The notes under the pieces: generated by a model
Told to the model about the DNA's origin: nothing
Seen by the model: only the letters and a program-made list of their open reading frames with translations
The model's database searches: none
Position numbers and translations under genes: made by a program
In this document: positions 62,989-64,000 of the stretch, piece by piece
Layout of the letters: every line of letters begins with the position of its first letter
Numbering within the stretch: position 1 is the first letter of the stretch
NCBI GenBank assembly: GCA_010909165.1
Contig: MU008189.1
Location: 558,001 to 622,000 of the forward strand
Reading direction: 5' to 3'
Origin: Anthoceros angustus
Lineage: Eukaryota > Plantae > Anthocerotophyta
DNA length: 64,000 bases

Positions 62989-64000
62989 CAGTGTCTCTCT
63001 GGATAGGGGTTATTTTCCATTTAAGGGGTTTGGGTCCCTAAAGACCAAAAAATGACCCCCGAAAACAGACCAAAATGCATCATCGTTAGCAAAAGAACTC
63101 TTTAGACATGTACTGAAAGACATTGACCATGTTATTTTCTCGCAAACACTTACGCTAACAGGGTTTAAGCTGAAGAAGGTTCGCGGATTTCATCTTCACA
63201 AGGAAGGGATTTCATGGATTTTTAATAGGTGCTAGGAATCCTAAACACCTCTTTCGCAAGCGATAGTACTTCCTAGCTGGGTGAACAGCAGGCAAACCAA
63301 ACCAAACTAGCTCAGCAAGCCAAACTGCGCCGGACGTCCGGCGCAACCAACACGTAAAAGAAGCAATCATAAGCCGAAGAAACAGCTGGCAAGGCGCAGT
63401 GTGAGAGAACATTAATCAATAGTCTGATCATGGCCATCTCGAGAGGAACAAACTATGACTCTAGAAAGTAACGCTGGACGTCTGGTGCACTGTGAGTACA
63501 CAAACCGTGGGATCTCCATTGTTAGAGTGAAAAACAGAGGAAGGAATTGGAACAATGCCCGACGTTGGCACATTGGTGCGATCTGCTAAAACTCTGTGAC
63601 GTCCAACGCCGCCTGAGACCCCAATCTTGGCAAGGCGTCCAGATGGAAGTAGGAGTAGATGCACGCCAAAACGTCCTCAATGTATATATATTGTTTGTAT
63701 CTACCCAAACAATGTCCGTTTAGTAAGGGTGTAGATAAGCACAATGGCTTAAAGACTCCAAGGTTAAGAACCCTTGGGCCGGATCAGTTCTTGGATGGGG
63801 TGCTTATTTTTGGTGCCTTGAGAACTCCAGGGTTTAGCTCTCTTACGTTGGATTAGTACTAGGATGGTTTGCTTGTTTTTGTTGCTTTGAAAACTTTGTA
63901 AAACTCAAATGAAGCAACCTAGAGGCGGATTAATGCGGGATGGAGTGTTGATTTTTAATGGGTTTGAAAAATTTGTAAATCATCCGTTCTAGGCATAAAG
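62989..64000 (-). mobile_element. Second copy of the hAT-like element end (runs off the window)
   Basis: Colinear homology with 30013-30930 (GGGGTTTGGGTCCCTAAAGACCAAAAAATGACCCC etc.), including the 20-bp palindrome at 63326-63345. It interrupts the Copia integrase. Confidence 0.7.

Overview
Nuclear DNA of a seed-free land plant, most likely a hornwort such as Anthoceros, though a fern or lycophyte is not excluded. This is inferred from a DYW:KP-type PPR gene, short introns, compact gene spacing and moderately GC-rich genes. From left to right the window holds: (1) an intact-ended Copia element (698-7639, TSD AAAAG) inserted in a decayed LINE RT; (2) a gene island (9.8-20.1 kb) with plastid ribosomal protein S5, a small orphan basic ORF, a PLS-PPR DYW:KP candidate U-to-C RNA editing factor, a DUF1995-like gene, an LRR remnant and a 4-exon CYP71-clan P450; (3) a local duplication (20.7-27.2 kb) carrying three copies of a small ParB/Sulfiredoxin-like domain (motif FTQxSI...F..G...WSLDNRRLWVFR), apparently spliced to an unrecognised N-terminal domain - the most novel-looking system here; (4) nested TEs (27.2-64 kb): a Copia interrupted by a hAT-like element with 20-bp palindromic motifs, itself interrupted by an Athila-like Gypsy (31140-59824, TSD CCTAC) whose roughly 4-kb LTRs appear to contain protein-coding ORFs. 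Caveat: many 1-bp indels and re-iterated blocks joined at 8-12 bp microhomologies point to a noisy long-read consensus, so frameshifts and internal duplications may be artefacts. No rRNA, tRNA gene or CRISPR array was seen. All family assignments come from motif recognition by eye, not database searches.
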